Positions 62,376 through 64,000 of a DNA stretch of 64,000 nt are shown in pieces (the stretch's first letter is position 1; each line of letters starts with the position of its first letter). This DNA is from Sedimentisphaerales bacterium (GTDB taxonomy: Bacteria; Planctomycetota; Phycisphaerae; Sedimentisphaerales; SM23-30): the NCBI GenBank assembly GCA_963663805.2, contig CAXXMR010000020.1:32001-96000 (forward strand), in the 5' to 3' direction. The notes under the pieces were generated by a model that saw only the letters and a program-made list of their open reading frames with translations, did not search any database and was not told where the DNA came from. Both the position numbers and the translations under genes were made by a program.

Positions 62376-64000
62376 ATGGCATTGTTGGGTATGCATGATG
62401 TTGCGGTGGGTTATGGCGGTGAGCCTTTGCTGGCGGGGGTTGACCTGCAGATTGAGGAGGGGGAGCGTATATGTTTGCTGGGGCGGAACGGGGTGGGTAA
62501 ATCCACTTTGATGAAACTGATAGGCGGTGAGCTGGAGCCTGAGAGCGGTGATTTTTGGCGTCGGGCTGATCTGGTAGTGACCAGTTTGAGTCAGTATGTC
62601 CCTGACGGGGTGATGGGGACGGTTTTTGACCAGGTTTCCGAGGGGCTGGGCACACGGGGAAAGCTGTTGGCGGAATATCATCTGGTAAGCCATCAAATTG
62701 CCGAAGATGGCGGTGCCGCGGGGCTTTTGCAGCGGCTGGATGAGTTGGGGCACCAGCTGGATACCGATGATGGCTGGCAGCTTAATCGGCGGGTGGAGAT
62801 GATAATCGCGGATATGGCTCTGGATGCCGACGCGGAGTTTGGCGGGCTTTCGGCAGGGATGAAGCGGCGGACACTTCTGGCTCAGGCTATTGTCAGCGAG
62901 CCGGATATTCTGCTTTTGGATGAGCCGACGAATCATCTGGATATTGAGACGGTTGACTGGATCGAGGGTTTTTTGGCAAACTATAGTGGGACGCTGGTGT
63001 TTGTGAGCCATGACCGGGTGTTTTTGAAGAAGCTTTCGACGCGGATTGTGGAACTGGACCGCGGGGTGGTCAGCAGTTACAGTTGCGGGTATGAAAAGTA
63101 TCTGGAGCGTAAGGCGGCGGCCCTGGCGGCAGAAGCGGCAGAAGCGGCGAACTTCGATAAGAAGCTGGCCGCGGAGGAAGTTTGGATACGTCGGGGGATT
63201 CAGGGGCGGCGGACGAGGAATGAGGGACGTGTTCGGGACTTGAAGAAGATGCGGGCCGAGCGGGCGGCACGTAAAGAAGTAATGGGCACAGCCAGGATAG
63301 AGACTCAGGAGGTCCAGAATTCAGGGCGTAAGGTGATTGAGGCCCGGAACATTTCATTTGGTTACGTGGAAGGCCAGACCATAATTTCAGAGTTTTCGGC
63401 GACGATAATGCGCGGTGATAAGATTGGGGTGATTGGCCCTAACGGTTCGGGTAAGACGACGCTTTTGCGAGTGCTGCTGGGTGAGCTGACTGCCCGGCAG
63501 GGTGATGTTCAGCATGGTACTAACCTGGAAATAGCTTATTTTGACCAGCTGCATATGCAGCTGGACCACGAGAAAACTGTGGTTGAGAATATCGCTGACG
63601 GTAATGATACTCTGGAGTTTAATGGCCGAAAGAGGCATATCGTGGGCTATCTGGAGGATTTCCTGTTTACGCCGGCACAGTCGCGTAACGCGGTGGGTAA
63701 TTTGTCCGGCGGGGAGCGGAACCGGCTGCTGCTGGCAAAGCTGTTCACGCGACCTTCCAATGTGCTGGTACTGGATGAGCCGACCAATGACCTGGATATT
63801 GAGACGCTGGACCTGCTGGAGGACCTGCTGGTGAATTATCCGGGGACGGTGCTGATGGTGAGCCATGACCGCGAGTTCCTCAATAATGTGGTTACCAGTA
63901 CGATGGTCTTCGAAGGTGAGGGCAGAGTCAGGGAATATGTCGGCGGCTATGATGACTGGGTGAGGCAAAGTAAATCGGTCTTGGCAGAGCAGACGAAAAT
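62376..64000 (+). CDS. uup: ABC-F family ATPase, Uup-like (3'-truncated; absent from the ORF track)
   Basis: Read by hand: GRNGVGKST, LSAGMKRR, LLDEPTNHLD; second cassette GPNGSGKTT, LSGGERNR, LDEPTNDLD. Confidence 0.88.
   Translation, partial: MALLGMHDVAVGYGGEPLLAGVDLQIEEGERICLLGRNGVGKSTLMKLIGGELEPESGDFWRRADLVVTSLSQYVPDGVMGTVFDQVSEGLGTRGKLLAEYHLVSHQIAEDGGAAGLLQRLDELGHQLDTDDGWQLNRRVEMIIADMALDADAEFGGLSAGMKRRTLLAQAIVSEPDILLLDEPTNHLDIETVDWIEGFLANYSGTLVFVSHDRVFLKKLSTRIVELDRGVVSSYSCGYEKYLERKAAALAAEAAEAANFDKKLAAEEVWIRRGIQGRRTRNEGRVRDLKKMRAERAARKEVMGTARIETQEVQNSGRKVIEARNISFGYVEGQTIISEFSATIMRGDKIGVIGPNGSGKTTLLRVLLGELTARQGDVQHGTNLEIAYFDQLHMQLDHEKTVVENIADGNDTLEFNGRKRHIVGYLEDFLFTPAQSRNAVGNLSGGERNRLLLAKLFTRPSNVLVLDEPTNDLDIETLDLLEDLLVNYPGTVLMVSHDREFLNNVVTSTMVFEGEGRVREYVGGYDDWVRQSKSVLAEQTK

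Overview
Bacterial chromosomal window, most consistent with an anaerobic Planctomycetota (Phycisphaerae/Sedimentisphaerales-like). This assignment is inferred from PEP-CTERM, dockerin-like and FGE-sulfatase proteins and the IS types. Housekeeping content: the end of the F1Fo atp operon (atpA-G-D-C), a trpE(G)-methyltransferase-trpD-trpF-nadD operon with an unannotated Trp-rich leader peptide and attenuator, efp, purB-pyrE, plsY-acyP and a partial Uup-like ABC-F. Four IS elements have ends and target duplications that can be read directly: a 3-ORF IS66, a single-ORF IS66-like element, and an IS4-family element with an IS1634 nested in its transposase start. Between the two IS66 elements is an AT-rich two-gene module with a 29-nt dual-coding overlap, a candidate anti-phage system. 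A secreted-protein cluster at 25-28.7 kb has two genes sharing one beta-rich (cohesin-like) domain, one of them PEP-CTERM anchored. It lies next to a dockerin-like protein behind a long structured leader, and may be a cell-surface scaffolding system. Non-coding oddities: a 7x21-bp palindrome-containing array, a 26-bp promoter motif shared by two unrelated IS families, a C-loop sRNA candidate, a nested-palindrome MITE-like element and a recurrent 25-bp dyad. Genes at 31.7-36 kb carry many frameshifts, probably assembly indels. All family assignments come from motif recognition by eye; no database searches were run.
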